A DNA stretch of 63,679 nt, filler included, from Phoronis australis (GCA_002633005.1; 10 parts of 10 records of this genome joined end to end with filler, not necessarily neighbours in it), one strand, 5' to 3'. Positions 1 to 13,810 are shown, counted from the whole stretch's first letter. Numbers and translations: made by a program. Notes: generated by a model not told the origin, from the letters alone.

Positions 1-799
1 GGAGACTCCATGTCCACCAGACAGATGCAAAATGCAGTTTGCAAAGCGCACCCCAATAAAACACATAGAGTTGTCATTACGGTCACAATAAATTCACACT
101 TGCAGTACAAGCACTCATATTTCTTAACAACCCGATACTTAATTTAGAGTCAGGAAGGATACTACTGCTCTTTTATGTGCCATTCAGCCAATCTAACACT
201 TTCTAACACTAATTGTGAACTGCTGTGTTCTTTAGTCATTGCTTAGCACAGTTACTGCCTTAGTGCTAAACGCTTATGGTTTTCTCCAATACATCACACC
301 ATTTTTCAGCTGGTACATTCACTAAATTAGCCCTACGAATTGTCACATTGTTTTTGTTCAAACAATTGCTTTGGGCATACTAACAACAAAGCTGACATGC
401 ATGTTCCAGGGACAGCATTATGAAATAACTCTGTTAGTAAAAAAGAATCCACCTGTGAGCTATAGGTGGGTTGTGTCGGTGAAGCATTCTAACTCCTTCG
501 CAGGACCCCCTAAAGAGTCTGAGTATTCTTGGTTCTCTAATATGCTCTTTACGACGTGTCATGAGTTCAATTTCATCTTGCACTGTACCCCTCTGAAAGC
601 AAAGAACAATTAAACGCAAACTTGTAAGTAAAAGGAAGTCAACATTTTATAAATTCTACACACAGCTGGTATACATTGGTTATAGGCTCACATTCTATGG
701 AAAAAGTCAAATTTTGATTTAGACCAATTAATGTTATAAACTTGGTTTCAAATATTTTTTTCTGATGTATGTTGTGTGATTGAGTAACATGGGATATAA

Positions 800-1106
800 G
801 GCCAAAAAAGCAAATGGCTATTTCTGGTCTCTTATTTTGAAAATTGAGTCAGTAGTGTTTTTTATTTTTTAGTTGTTCTGAATCACTTTTTCAAAGCAGC
901 AAATCCATCTGAGTAAAGCAAAAAAGGTGTGGTACTTGTTGTTTTTACTCATCGCTTGACAAATCATGGCATTTCCAACCTCGCTTACCCTGGTTTATAT
1001 GCCTTTGCGCAGCTTTCCAAAAAAACATGAGACTTGCGATGAAATTGAAGTGGGCAGACAATTCAGGATAGCCAGACCAGAATCAACTTTAGTTTGCTTT
1101 TTGGCC
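800..1106. mobile_element. Small MITE with imperfect terminal inverted repeats (possibly Harbinger-type)
   Basis: ggccaaaaaagcaaa...tctggtct at ~800-830 pairs with agaccaga...tttgctttttggcc at ~1074-1106. Confidence 0.4.
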
Positions 1107-1493
1107 AAACATTGAATTTTGGGTGGACATGAGTAAAGGAAAAATGTCGAACCAATTTTGATGTTATGTTTAATAAAACTACAGTTCCCTGGTTACCTTG
1201 GAAACCTATTTTCTGCTGCTCTAGTCCACATTTACTATTTATGGGACAATGAAAAGGGACATGAACTTCCTGCGAAGGCCTGCTACATCTGGGTTTTGCA
1301 TAAACTCTTATTGAGAAACCATAATAATTATATCCTATTCAGCATTGAACGCATTTGGTGCAGGTCATTCATGTTTGTTCAATGGAAGTGAGTCCAGAAC
1401 AAACGTGAGGGCATTTTGTTGGGCCATTCAAGTCACTTTCTACTCTTCCACACATGTTAAGGAAACAGCAGTTAACACAAAAAATTTCACTCA

Positions 1494-2332
1494 GGGCTGT
1501 TCCAGTAAAATCCGTGTGGGAGGGGGGGGGACGGCAGCAGAAATAAAAATTCATGGGTGGTGGTCTTCAGAAAAAAACTCAATTTATGGGTGGTCGTTCC
1601 TGTAAGAAGTGATGCATTAAAAATGGGTGGTATTTTTTGACCTGTTAATGTTGACAGGATGGTTACTTCAGTCAAACACATCTTCAAAGAAATCAAAACT
1701 CAAAAAAATGCAATTGGCAAATATCCTAACTTATCCCAATACAAAAAAGCCCATATTGCCAGTGAACAGAGTGCAATATGTTCGCTAAGCCATTAATCAA
1801 GTCATGGGCAACTTGATTTGAGCCAACTGTTTGTCTGCAGTCCTATTGAATTGAAGTTATGCAACACTAAACTGGTGTTAACACATATAGGAAAATTGAT
1901 GATTTTTAAATACAAAGTATGAGGAGTAAGATAAACAAGTTCCGATATTCACTTGACATAGAAGTATAAAAGAGTTCGTGGAGACAGTTTGAGATTCATA
2001 GATCCTTATAATTGAAAAAATGTAAATTGAAATTATAGACACATGGTGAACAGAGACACCTGGTGGCTGCCAAAAGTATTGCTCACAGGCTACTTTAGTT
2101 TTTGACAATATTGGACAAGACAACTAGTTCTTGTCTGTCAATCATCTAAGTTCTTAACAGGTCCTCCTGGAGGCAATTTGTTTGCAAGTGTTCGATTTTA
2201 TATTTTAACCTATTAAAAATAATAAAAAAATTATGGGTCATGGGTTGGAGAAATAAATGAAAAATATGGGCGGCGGGTAAGAAATAAAAGTGCCTTCCCC
2301 CCCCTCCCATACAGATTTTGCTGGAACAGCCC
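1494..2332. mobile_element. Non-autonomous PIF/Harbinger-like element in STK16 intron 2
   Basis: ~40-bp inverted ends (gggctgttccagtaaaatccgtgtgggagggggg / ccccccctcccatacagattttgctggaacagccc), flanked by a 3-bp TCA duplication (1491-1493, 2333-2335). Confidence 0.7.
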
Positions 2333-2426
2333 TCACAGATATCCGGTCATCAAAAATTTTAAAACTGATATTAAAAATGGTGTTTACGTGTATCGTAGAA
2401 ATTAGCAACTGGAGCATATTCCTTAC

Positions 2427-2664
2427 ACTGTAAAAAGGCACGACTAGTAAAACTTCTGTGATTTTATTTCTGGTTTGTGCCTCGTAGATTTCGGATGTCC
2501 CAGCCTCTTCACAAGTAATGATATTCGGATGGTCAAAACTTTTGGTTATCTCGACTTCCCGCATCGCAATCTTTTCATCTTCTTTAGAATGACATCTCAT
2601 GCGCTTCAAAGCGAACACTTTGCGACTGTGGGAATCCTCGACCAAGTCAACAGTGCTGAATCCT
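2427..2664 (-). CDS. STK16: Serine/threonine kinase 16, coding exon 2 (kinase subdomains I-V); later exons not found in the window
   Basis: Translates (G)GFSTVDLVEDSHSRKVFALKRMRCHSKEDEKIAMREVEITKSFDHPNII...LLVVPFYS. Acceptor tttcag, donor gtaagg; phase matches exon 1. Confidence 0.9.
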
Positions 2665-3329
2665 CTGAAATAAAATAACATAAAAATGATTTAACATTAA
2701 AATACAGTTGATCTAACCCCATCTTATTCAATACCGTTATGGCAAACTTACTGGCCAAACATCTTGCTAGTAACAAACTAGATAATCAACATCTACTCGA
2801 TGCCGGGACAGCATCAGTTTATAGACAGAATCTATTGTATCAAAGTTAATTTTTGCAGCTGTAAAGAGAAATATTTTTCAATTATAACTAATTATTGGCG
2901 TGCAATCGCGAAATCGAATCGATTTTGAAAAGTCGATGCTTTGAAAACACTGGGTGGCTAATTCCATTCAGGATGCTAAAAATATAAAATATTGATTACC
3001 ACTTATTTCGCTAACAGGCCAGTTTTTGAATGACTTTTATGAATATAAATAAGAGATGGAAGTCTTAATTGTACAGCCAAAATCGCGCAAGATCAGTAAG
3101 TATGTCTCACCAGTGCATGCTCGTTCGTCAGCAGGGGTGCGAACACGAAACTTCGAATTTTGTTTGCCCATCTGCAATTTTCAGATTAGGCAACCTCATA
3201 ACGTTTGACAACCTGGAATTTTTGTCATATCCCCAAATTCGACTTGCATTAGGCTAAGTGTCGAGCGCTGTGATGTATGGCATAACTTGCAGTACTTACT
3301 GTCGTAGTCACGTAAAGGCTTCTATGTCA

Positions 3330-3980
3330 CTCGCCAGTGAACAATTTCTCTTTGGCTGACAGGTTTGAATGCCCAACTCACACAGTAGTGACCAGGTTTA
3401 AATCCCGGCGTTGGACAAGCATGTTTCTCTACATTGACTTATTGTAAGTTAATTAGACTTTTCAATCAAAAATAAAGTATTACCAATTGGAATAACATCA
3501 CCCATCTGCCTTGGGGTAGACAAGGTGATTCTGTTGTCAACTCAGGCCAAGATATCACTAATCATTTGAGTTCAGAACAGGTGTAGAAAAATCCACCAGT
3601 GCCAAGACTTGAATCTGGGTTCATCAGCGGGTGAGTCAATCATCCAAACTAATCAGCCACTTGGCAATTAATCATTGACAAACGATTTAAAGTACAAGTA
3701 GCTATATTTGATAGTGCCACAACACTCACTCTCTTTAAACTGTGGATCAAGCATGCCACCTGGTCGTCAGGTCGGCCAAATCTATTGTCTGGGACTGTGA
3801 GTTGATGCTCCCGCTGAGAGACTATGGCTCCCGACTGACCATGAGGAGACCTGACATCTTTTCTAGTCATTGGATTCTGCCATTATTGGGCGAAAAATAA
3901 ATAGAAAAAACCACCAGTACCAAGACTCAAACCCAGGTGCGACTCAAGTGTCCAAATTGATTACTAGTAGCCCATTGACA
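3330..3980. repeat. Cluster of degenerate tRNA-like/SINE-head remnants (both orientations)
   Basis: A-box-like tggctga and B-box-like ggtttaaatcc, gattcaagtc and gggtttgagtc at ~3352-3410 (+), ~3585-3660 (-) and ~3905-3945 (-). A similar copy lies at ~5400-5480 (-). Confidence 0.35.
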
Positions 3981-4259
3981 AGCGATTTGGAGAGGTTTTA
4001 TTCGACAGTACATCATCCCTAGAAGTTACGTGTCACGTAACAACACCAACTAGAGAATACAAAGCCTGTGAATGTCATAGACATACAGGTTCTGTAATGG
4101 AGCTGCTCACCCGATTTACATCTTGATTGATGAAATAAACTACACTAAGCAATATGAATGGAAAGGTTACCTGTGAATAATAGACTGGATATAAGTGAAC
4201 TGCCAAAACTTGAATTATCTCCCTTTGAGTTTTCTCCTACATATAACACAGGTGAGAAA

Positions 4260-5157
4260 CAACATGACTACTGATCTTCCAAATAGGACCGACTCACCAC
4301 AAAACACTACCTACCGGGATCCAATGGGAACAGTGCACCAGAAAATAAGACCAACGCCCTTAAAAACAAGACTGTCCCCCCACAAAACAGACTGAACATG
4401 CTGCTAAAATTCTGATGCGTTCTTTTGGGTCACCTTGCATTGGCCACTTTCCTTTTCCCTGATTTTTCAATCAGCTGTTCTTCTCTTCCACGAGGTTGCG
4501 TACATGGCACAACAAATTTTCGGAACTGTTTTCATTTTGTTACAACTTTTTAATATTATAATACCCGCAAACCGAATTTCAGAACAAATTTCGCTGCTGT
4601 GAAGCTGTCATCATCTTCCGAAAGATGTCGCAAAATTTTTCGAAATGGCGCGTGTCACGAGCACGACAGACTTTTCTTTGTTACAAAGTGAAAGAGTTAT
4701 GCAAGTAAATGTTTATTAGACTGTTTTTCACTCAAACGGCTGCAACGGGCAAGGTGAGTGTCGGTTGACTCCCAGATTTTGCAAGCACCTCCGCTGGTCG
4801 TTAACTCTACATGTTGATATAAATTTCATCAGGAGGTGACAAGCAGAACTACCCCGGTTGTGTGAAATTTAGGGGTCTAAAGGAGTTCAACACAGTGCTA
4901 CCAAGCTGTATTTTGACGATTGTCTTCATATAAACTAGCTGGCCGGTTACGTCATAACCCGCAGTATCACACAAGCGCATTGATAACTACATTTTGTCCA
5001 GCGGTTATGTTCAGTTTCCGGCGGCCCTGTTTTGTGGTGGGCGGTCATATTTTCAGGTGCGTAGGTCCCATTTTCTGGTACGGCAGTCCCATTTGATTCC
5101 CGTAGGTCCTGTTTTCTTGGCGAGTCAGTCTGACTTGGAGGATCGACGGTCATGCTT
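4260..5157. mobile_element. Old MITE with ~140-bp degenerate inverted arms
   Basis: catgac...tgggaacagtgcaccagaaaat...cacaaaacagactgaacat (4260-4400) is the approximate reverse complement of atgttcagt...tgttttgtg...attttctggtacggcagtccca...gtcatg (5008-5157). Confidence 0.5.
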
Positions 5158-5706
5158 TGGGTTCAGCAATCACGTTGTTTCTTACCCGTGTATAATACAA
5201 ATTATATGTCATTTGACCAAATAACTTTTACCTTGAATGTAAGAAAATGTGGCTGTAAACAGACGATTTTTAACTTGCGGCCATGAAAATTGGACTTGTA
5301 ATAGGAATAGGTTTGAGTTTTTAACTTTATTACAAGTCTAGACTAGAGTAAAGAATCAACGAGCATCAAAAAATGACATAAGTCTCTTGAAATACAAAAA
5401 AAATTTTGTTGACATCGAGAGTTGAACCCAGCTTTACCATAAGGCAGCCAAGCATCCAAACCATTCAGCCAAGAGGCAATTGCCACTTAGCAAGCAATTT
5501 AGAGGGGCCTATGTCAAACCGGGAAGTCAAGTGTCACAACACATATATACATGCAGAAGTCTGAACTTGTTTTCAGTATAATTTCTCTTAAAGTTGTCAA
5601 CAATTCCTGGTGATAACAACCATTAGTTGATAGGTTATCCAGACATGAGGTAGATCACAGACCAATAGAACACGGATTAATTTCACTTTTCAGCAGTAAG
5701 TCAGTA

Positions 5707-6522
5707 CAGTCAAGTGACCTAATTATCGGACGTTTTGGCACATTTTGCATTATATTTAATTGAAAATATTACGGATTGTTGTAAATTCTTTTGCTGAAAT
5801 AAAGATTTACCTTCACGGAATTGTTCTGTTACTATATCTTGTCACTGAAAGCCACATTTATGTTCCGACTGATCTTCAAAAAACACAACAACCAAACCTT
5901 CGGAGAACCTAAATATCGGACACCATGTTTCTCCATACGCCACACCGCGGAAAACTGACTAACCACGTAATGGCCGCGGGCACCTTGTCGCCAAATTTCA
6001 GCTCGAGTGTTTTGACATATATGCTGCTAGAACCCAGGTCCATTCGCAACAAAATTATCCATGAAATGAAATCTGATGACGGCGCCAAGTCGTTTCGATG
6101 AATTAGTGCAGACGACTAAAGCACGTGCAAACTCACTGCAGTTTTTAGTATCACTTAGGCTTCTTGATATGACACCCGCACGTGCGCGGTCGGGGTTTGA
6201 CTTGAGTTTAAAAACAAACGAAAAAATGGAACAGTGACATATTGTCAGTTCAATGAGATGGTGTCATTGTGGAAAAAGATTTTATTTTCAACTTTTATAA
6301 CCGATTTATGCGATCGTCCATTTTAGGCCGACTTGGGGGTCTAAATTGCACCCTCTCTCGGTGAAATCAAAACGAGGCAACGCTGTAAAAAACGAGACGG
6401 TGCCGGACATTGAATGCATTACAACGGAACAAAAATTGGTGTCATTTAATTCTCAGATTATGCTTCAAGTAAGATTCTATGAAATGTCCGATATTTAGGT
6501 TCCGTCCGATAATTAGGTACAC
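5707..6522. mobile_element. ~0.8-kb non-autonomous DNA transposon, copy 1 (STK16 intron 1)
   Basis: Near-terminal inverted repeat acctaattatcggac / gtccgataattaggt. A highly similar reverse-complement copy lies at 13012-13730. Confidence 0.75.
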
Positions 6523-6679
6523 TATGTGTAAGTCATGTAAGTGGTCTGATTTCTAAATCAAATGCTTTTAAAACGTTTCACGGTATGTGGTTGTGGGTTT
6601 ATATCTGCTTAAAGTAACGGGATAATAGGTCTGTAGACGTTCTAATACCAGAAATAAAATAAACACGTAGTAATCTTAC

Positions 6680-6756
6680 CCTTCCGCAAGTCTTGAACGA
6701 ATGTAAAATCGACGATTGTTGATAGTCAGTCTTTCTTTGGCACAAGTGCACCCCAT
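6680..6756 (-). CDS. STK16: Serine/threonine kinase 16, coding exon 1
   Basis: MGCTCAKERLTINNRRFYIRSRLAEG with donor gtaag; joins exon 2 to give EGGFS. Gly2 plus nearby cysteines match the myristoylated/palmitoylated STK16 N-terminus. Confidence 0.88.
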
Positions 6757-8147
6757 TTTTAAAAGGAACCCAAGCCCTGGAGTGTTCATCATCACACCAT
6801 TATATACAGCGTTGGTTGGCGCTTTTTATAATTCATCATTTCAAACCATTCGCCGTGTCTTTCAACAACATTAGATCGTCAAATATCAATAGATTTTTTT
6901 AGTCGTGAACAAGTACGTGTCGCAAAACAAAATCTCCACTCTGGTGTGCGCCAGCAACGATAGAGTGACTAAAGCACCATCTATTGGCCACGCGAGTGCG
7001 GGCAAAAACGAAGTGCCACCCCCGAACGGGCAAAGTTTACTTATTAATATTTATGAAATTAAAGAAACTGCACATCTGAAAGAGTAACCTCTGTGCACCA
7101 ACGAAATAACTGGCCAGTAACACATTTTATAACTAAACACGTATTTTTGATCACCGTGTTCAACACGGGAATCTTACTCAATCCACGTTCATGACGGGTG
7201 GAAGGGAGGGGGGGAGGGGGTGGGCACAAGTTAGATATGTGGTGGAACAGCACAGGTTAGAATCATTCGAAAACATGCATGTGCCACTGATTCCTGGATA
7301 GAAACAATTTGACCACGTTTAGGAAATTTCACAAAAGAAATCAAGTTATATATAACAGCAACCAGAGTGGCCATGCAGGTCCAGTCGTCGAAATTATCAA
7401 TCAAAAATGTCAATTGACGTCCACCATTGTCATAACCATAGAAATACATTTGCAAAAAAATTAATTAAGCCCCTTGATGGGGTTCACGACTTACAACTGC
7501 CGACTGCCCGTTGTCAAGGATTGTAAAATACGCGATGGTCTGTCCGTTCCCGATCGGCTCACTAGGTGTTACTTTGGCCAAAACAAACAAAAAGCCCAGT
7601 TTTTTATTTTCTTAGACATACAGAAAACTGATTAAAAATATTATCTGAAATCACAAGCATCCTGAGTCCCACAAAATGGCCCATAAAGCAACTCAAAAAT
7701 GGCTAATTACAAAAAATGAACAAAATTTATCGCGTTTTGGGCTCCAATTTAGCCCGGGTTAACGGAAAACCCTTTAAAAATCCAAAGACTGAGGTTCAAT
7801 TTTTACAAAATATTATAAATTTTTTCTACCTTTCGTTCGAACGGTTTTAAAACTACTTTACTTATTGAACCTAGTGAACCATAAATGGGCCGTTTTGGCC
7901 GGGACAAAATATTGATGACGCTCTAACTAAAAAAATATTGACCCGATTTATTTGAAATAAACCTTTTGAGCATGTCACACATTTTTTCAAGATCTCAGTC
8001 AGTGACCCTAGAGTCGACCTCGTGGAATGACAGATAATAATGCTAAGAAAATTCACAGTAAAGAGTGGGGCAATTTTATTCACCGACGGTGAGTACTCAT
8101 GAAACACTTTTTTAAAAGTCTGAAATACTTCAGGATTTCAATTAGCT

Positions 8148-8247
8148 NNNNNNNNNNNNNNNNNNNNNNNNNNNNNNNNNNNNNNNNNNNNTTAATTAAT
8201 TAANNNNNNNNNNNNNNNNNNNNNNNNNNNNNNNNNNNNNNNNNNNN
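8148..8247. other. Artificial contig spacer N44-TTAATTAATTAA-N44 (also 19162-19261, 22938-23037, 30278-30377, 33380-33479, 53911-54010, 56458-56557, 58539-58638, 61253-61352)
   Basis: The identical 100-nt construct, carrying stop codons in all six frames, occurs nine times. Confidence 0.97.
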
Positions 8248-9117
8248 GTCCAACATTATTTTCCTTCCTACGGGCCTATAGATTATTACTCAACTTCCTT
8301 ATTTGCAATGACCAATTAATCGTGAGCCACAACAGAATTGCGGAGGAGGCAGTTTTGTTCATTTTGACTTGCAAAACATGTCTTTGCAGTTTCATCAACC
8401 TGTTCCACAGCTAGGGTGTACAAAACCTGAACATACAAACAACATACTGGATCGAAGATTTTAGTCACCTTTCACGACAACCGGAAGTGCAGCCGGCTAC
8501 TTAAAAAAAACAAACAAACAAACAACCTCACACCAAATCAGCAGTTTTCACCCTCAAAGTTTCCGCATGAGAAACAGCCGGTGCAGCCCGACTGCCGAAA
8601 TTCTCCTGCCGATTACAGAAATCAGGTGAAATTTAAGCGGCTAAACTGAAGGTTATGGCCGTTGATTTTCCTGCTAAAAATTTCAACATACGTTTGCAAG
8701 CTGTGAAATGTTTAAGAAAAGCTACGGGTAAGCAGAAAGTGGGTCAGTTATTGGTCAACAACTGGCAATCGACACAAAAATCAAGCACATTCCATTCGAA
8801 AAATACTAATTAATATGCCCAACTAACCAGCAGGCGCTAATTTTTAATGAAATTATAGGATCGAAGTGAATTCAACCTTGGCTCAAAGAAACTATCGAGT
8901 GTCACCCTAGGTATACAGTATACAACACCTCGGGTCCAACTGACGTCACAATTAATTAAAAGCCCGCAGATAGCTTATTAATTGCTCTGACGTCACAACC
9001 TCCCGAATACACATCCTTCAGTGGCGTGAACGACTCACTGGCGTCAAAAATCCCCTGAAGCGCCAAAAGGTTCTTAACGAGTACCTCTGCCCATTGAAAT
9101 GGGCTTCTCCAATCATA

Positions 9118-9562
9118 CTTTTGCTTAATCAACGCCCTGAATCGTGATTACACGCGTTGAATTAGTTATTCAACGGGCTGAATTAAAACGATTATCTTTC
9201 TGCTCGCAATCAACGCGGTCGAACTTTTGCCGATCAACTCGTACTATGCTTAGTAAATAAATGTCTTAATTAATTATTTATTCGTCATTATATGTCCAAC
9301 TTAACAATTAAGTTTACAGTCAGTACTAGGTTAACGTCGCCATCATTTACGTGCTCGTGCCACATGAACAATCTTCAACTTGAACACTCAGGGGTCTTGC
9401 AGTCTTCCGTCCGCCATTTTGAGATTTGTGAGCACGAACATGATTGCACTATACATGAATTACCGATCAAGAACACCGTTGAATAAGCAATGATTGGTAT
9501 ACGTTTAAGAACCATATCTAATTTCAGCGCCTAACTGATACTACGTGTTGATTAAGCAAAAG
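9118..9562. mobile_element. MITE with inverted ends
   Basis: cttttgcttaatcaac / gttgattaagcaaaag, plus an inner pair ttattcaacgg / ccgttgaataa. Confidence 0.55.
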
Positions 9563-11336
9563 CGCGCGCTTAATACATAACGTTCCTACACGCAGGTGCC
9601 TTTTCGGACGCTTCAATCCCGATTACTCTGTGCGCCGCCTTGCTCAGAGATGACCACAGACGCTCACCATTTGATACGCCGCCTTGCACGGTTAGCGTCA
9701 CAAACCGACCCTTTTCGTAATACACCACCTACGACTGACGTCGCAATTAATTACTCCTGGCCGCGCCCCTTGTTATGATGTCACAAAACATCGCCTAGCT
9801 ACAACTGACGTCCCATACCAAAATTAAGTATCTACACCTGGTCCCAAGACTGTATCACTCTACAGGTAACTTAGCAACCGGTTGAGTTTTACGAAATAAA
9901 AACTTATAAATCATGGTGTATCTTGGAAGTATACGTTATTTAGCTTTTAATTTCTGTTCCCTTGACAAGCACTATATCGGTATGGAACCACAGGCTATGC
10001 AAACGGCCCGACAAATTCCGTAGGCCTATATGCACTTTGGTTCTGCATTTGGGATTGAGGAAGTATAGTAAATCCCTACTCCGTATTGAACACAATCTGT
10101 CCGGGTAATTCGTGTTTGAGCAAGGAATTATTTTTTCAAGTTGGGTGAGGGGAAAAATTTTCTCACTGCCTTGGCAACACAACACCGCCGCGACAAGACT
10201 CCGCCACCAGTCATCGCCGGGTTCTGCCTCAATCAACCGGCCGAAAGCTGGGTTTTTATACATGTTTCATTCGATCGTTGCCTTATACACATACATGTAG
10301 CCTGCGTGTGAAATGCTGAGCGATGAGGATTTTCACAGTTACTAAACGAGTCTGAAGCCGAGGTTTTTTTTAAACCACCCGGCCACCTGGAGGAGTAGTA
10401 GCACTGAATTGGGCCCGGCCTGATGCCCTGAGCGGAGGAGATTTCGTACAACATGATTCGAAAGTTCTGAGGAAAAAATATGAGGACACTGATTGTTCGG
10501 TAATAAGATGGCAACTGAACAGTGACTGTATGCTGACCGACGAACTACCGCCAGACTGACAAGTTCTTTCCTAAAACCACACACTAAAATATCTACGATT
10601 TGACCCGAAGAACGGTAACTCCAGTGAAATTAACCCTAATTAAATTATTAAGTTGACTGCATTAAACGTTGTGATAGAAGTCGGAGTCTTCTAGAAAGTT
10701 CCACACTATACTGGAGTAGTAAACAAATTACATCATCACTGTTCTGACCCCAGTCTTCTTGAAAGTTCCATACTATTCTGTAGTAAACAAATTACATCAT
10801 CATTGTACTTAACTCAGGGGTCATGCCAATCAAACAGAAAACAAAACAATACAACTAAAAATACTGTCAGACTATATTCTGACAGACCGGCGTTACTTAA
10901 GTAAATGCATCCGCGCCTCAAGTGTTGTCACGATCATGATCATTCGTGGAGCAATTGGGGATCTATATGAAAGTGCTTGAAATTGCCAATTTCTGATATA
11001 AAAACACCGCCCCACCGATCCGCAAACTGAACCGGCACCAAGTGCCGGTCTGGTGGAAATCTTCATTAACCTGATTTCGAGTTACGATTATTTATTGGTC
11101 GATGCAGGCTACCTACAGTCGGGTCATAGTGGACGGGGTAACCGGCAATCACAGCTTCATGCCATTGTGTTTAGTGGGACTGAGTCGTCCCGTTCAGTGC
11201 TGCTTGCTTCCCTGTGCGCGGCAAAATGGCACTCAAGTCGCTGCTTTAAGTTTTGCAACGGAGTGTGACACTGAACTCCCGGCCGGCAGTCGATGATATG
11301 AACAAACTGTGGCCCTTTTCACTTTCCTGGGGCAAT

Positions 11337-11595
11337 CAGTGGCGTACTGATTAGAGGGGGACCAAGGCCACGCCCCCCTCCCCTAACATTTTCCCAGATT
11401 CCAATTGGCAATTCGCCGGGGGTGCAAACTGTCTCCGCGATGACGGGCAATCCTGGCTAGGCTATACCGCCCGGCGCCCTAGTGGNGGGGTGCAAACTGT
11501 CTCGATGACGGGCAATCCTGGCTAGGCTATACCGCCCGGCGCCCTAGTGGGCCCGGCGCCCACCCGCTAATCCTAGATCCGCCCGCCGGCCCCTG
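11337..11595. mobile_element. hAT-like MITE upstream of DDI1 (contains an n-joined assembly duplication)
   Basis: CAG...CTG ends; flanks ggggcaat / cgggcaat; body is similar to the reverse complement of 32816-32973. Confidence 0.55.
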
Positions 11596-12068
11596 CGGGC
11601 AATGAAGACGAAGCGTTGGCCGTGTTGGTGCGCGCCCACTACGATGATTGGCGTTGGGACCATGCCACACTAACTTAAATGTCCTTGGCTAAGAAATTTT
11701 CTCGGCCTACTCATATCGTTCCCGGGGGGATCAAGATTGAATTCACCATTATCATATGCAATGTTATATGAAGCAGGTCTGGATTACTTTTTCAAACAAA
11801 AATTTCAGTGGAACAATACTGCAGGACCAAATTTCAAAAAAAAAAAAACGGCCGCTCAAAGACTGCATAGTACCAGCGGCGGGCACTAGACGGCTTTTGA
11901 CAGAGTTTGCGAGCGCCACCATTTGGTAACTTGGGACAATTTACAAAGACTTAGACCTCTCTACGGTCTCTGCAGTTTTGCGCAGAAGCGGAAATGGATA
12001 AAGCAAGCGGCAGTGATATTTAATATTTGTTGACGTCTGAAAAATTGTTTCAGAAGCTAAATTTAACA

Positions 12069-12360
12069 ATGAAAGTAACGGTAACCACTCTTGCCGATGA
12101 CATGTTTACACTGGTGGTGTCAGAGGATATGGAATTGGAGAATTTCAAAGCTTTCTGCGGATCTGAATTGGGTATCCCGTCCGAGGAATTGGGCATTGTT
12201 TGGAATGGCCGTCCTTTGCAAGATGACAAAAAGAAACTAAAAGACTATGGAATTAAAGATAATGAAGTGTTATTAGTGCAGCAGTTACAGGGAGCTCTTG
12301 GAGTTGGTCCTGGATCGAGAGCGACAGGCAACAGTCAGCAAGGTGCTACTGGAACTAATG
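12069..12360 (+). CDS. DDI1: DDI1/DDI2-type protein, exon 1 (ubiquitin-like domain)
   Basis: MKVTVTTLADDMFTLVVSEDMELENFKAFC...WNGRPLQDDKKKLKDYGIKDNEVLLVQ; donor g|gtaaat, phase 1. Confidence 0.9.
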
Positions 12361-12404
12361 GTAAATATTAATCTGCAATGTAAAACTTACACATGACATA
12401 ACGT

Positions 12405-12911
12405 CATCTGGCTGTCCGTACAAATCATTTTCACGACCCTCAATTACTCTAGTCTTTAACTACGCTATTACGAACTCGGTCCACTTTAGCCACGCGCATT
12501 GTGAAATCGGCAACCATTTCAGGGAACTTACTATATCTAGCGCCATCTATCAGCTATTTGCTACAACACGCGCTGTTCCTTTTTCATCAGTCAATGTCAT
12601 TGGTCAGTTTCGTAATTTTATTAACGTCATTGTTATTAATCATCGTACGTCTGCTCTCGTCATCACCTTCATCGTCCCTCTCACGATCGTATCTGTCATC
12701 GTCATGTTATCGTTGTCCATGTTGACTAATGAAAAAAGAACAGCACGTGTTGTAGTAAATCGCCGATAGATGGCGCTAGATATAGCAAGTTCCCTGAAAT
12801 GGCTGGCGATTTCACGATGCGCGTGACTAAAGTGGGCCAAGTTTGGAATGGTGTAGTTATAGACTAGAGTAATTGAGGGTCGTGAAAATGATTTGTATGG
12901 ATAGCCAGATG
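12405..12911. mobile_element. Foldback MITE with ~190-bp inverted arms (DDI1 intron 1)
   Basis: 12405-12594 is the near reverse complement of 12722-12911 (e.g. aaatcattttcacgaccctcaattactctagtct / agactagagtaattgagggtcgtgaaaatgattt). Confidence 0.8.
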
Positions 12912-13011
12912 TCTGAGGAGTGCAACAATACCAAAATCGTTTATTTAGACCTACATTTAGTGGATTTATTTGGAATAAGTTAGGGTCCATTATATCCGAC
13001 TAGTGCCCGTA

Positions 13012-13730
13012 AGTGTACCTGATTATGGAACGGACCTTAAATATCAGACATTTCATAAAATCTTACTTGAAGCATAATCTGAGAATTAAATGACACCAAG
13101 TTTTGTTCTGCTGAGAGTTGGCCTAAAATGGACGGTCCCATAAATCGGTTAAAGTTGAAAACAAAATCTTTTTCCACAATGAAATCATCTCATTAAACTG
13201 ACAATATCACTGTTTCATTTTTTCATTTGTTTTTAAACTCAAGTCAAATCCCGGCCGCGCACGTGCGGGTGTCATATCAAGAAGGCAAAGAGATACTAAA
13301 ACTGCAGTGAGTTTGCACGTACTTTAGTCGTCTTCAGTGATTCATCGAAACGACTTGGCGTTCATCAGATTTCATTTTATGGATAATTTTGTTGCGAATA
13401 GAGCTGTGTTCTAGCAGCATATGTCAAAACACTGGAGCTGAAATTTGGCTACAAGGTGCCTGCGGCCATTACGTGGTTAGTCAGTTTTCCGTGGTGTGGC
13501 GTATGGGGAAACATGGTGTCCAATATTTAGGTTCTCTGAAGGTTTGCTAGTTGTGTTTTTTAAAGGTCAGTCGGAACATAAATGTAGCTTTCGGTGACAA
13601 GATATAGTTACCAGAACAATTCCGTAAAGGTAAGACTTTATTTCAGCAAAGAATTCACAAAAATCCGTAGTATTTTCAATTAAATATAATGCAAAATGTG
13701 CCGAAACGTCCGATAATTAGGTCTTGACTG
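13012..13730. mobile_element. Non-autonomous DNA transposon, copy 2 (inverted relative to 5707-6522, with an internal deletion)
   Basis: Continuous reverse-complement similarity to 5707-6522; ends gtccgataattaggtcttgactg. Confidence 0.75.
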
Positions 13731-13810
13731 TAAACAAAAGCGACCTGTGCCGTGGCCGTGGGCAGTGGTTGGCGGTAGCCAGTGCCACTGTCTCAACTGA
13801 CTGTCGCAAT

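Noticed and set aside
3330-5480. Functional tRNA genes
   Set aside because: Only degenerate A/B boxes are present; no acceptor stem or anticodon arm could be folded.
11418-11550. Short duplications around a single 'n' (also 18325 and 59586)
   Set aside because: Typical unmerged contig-overlap artefacts.
6756-12069. STK16-DDI1 divergent gene pair
   Set aside because: An artificial spacer at 8148-8247 separates them, so adjacency is unproven.
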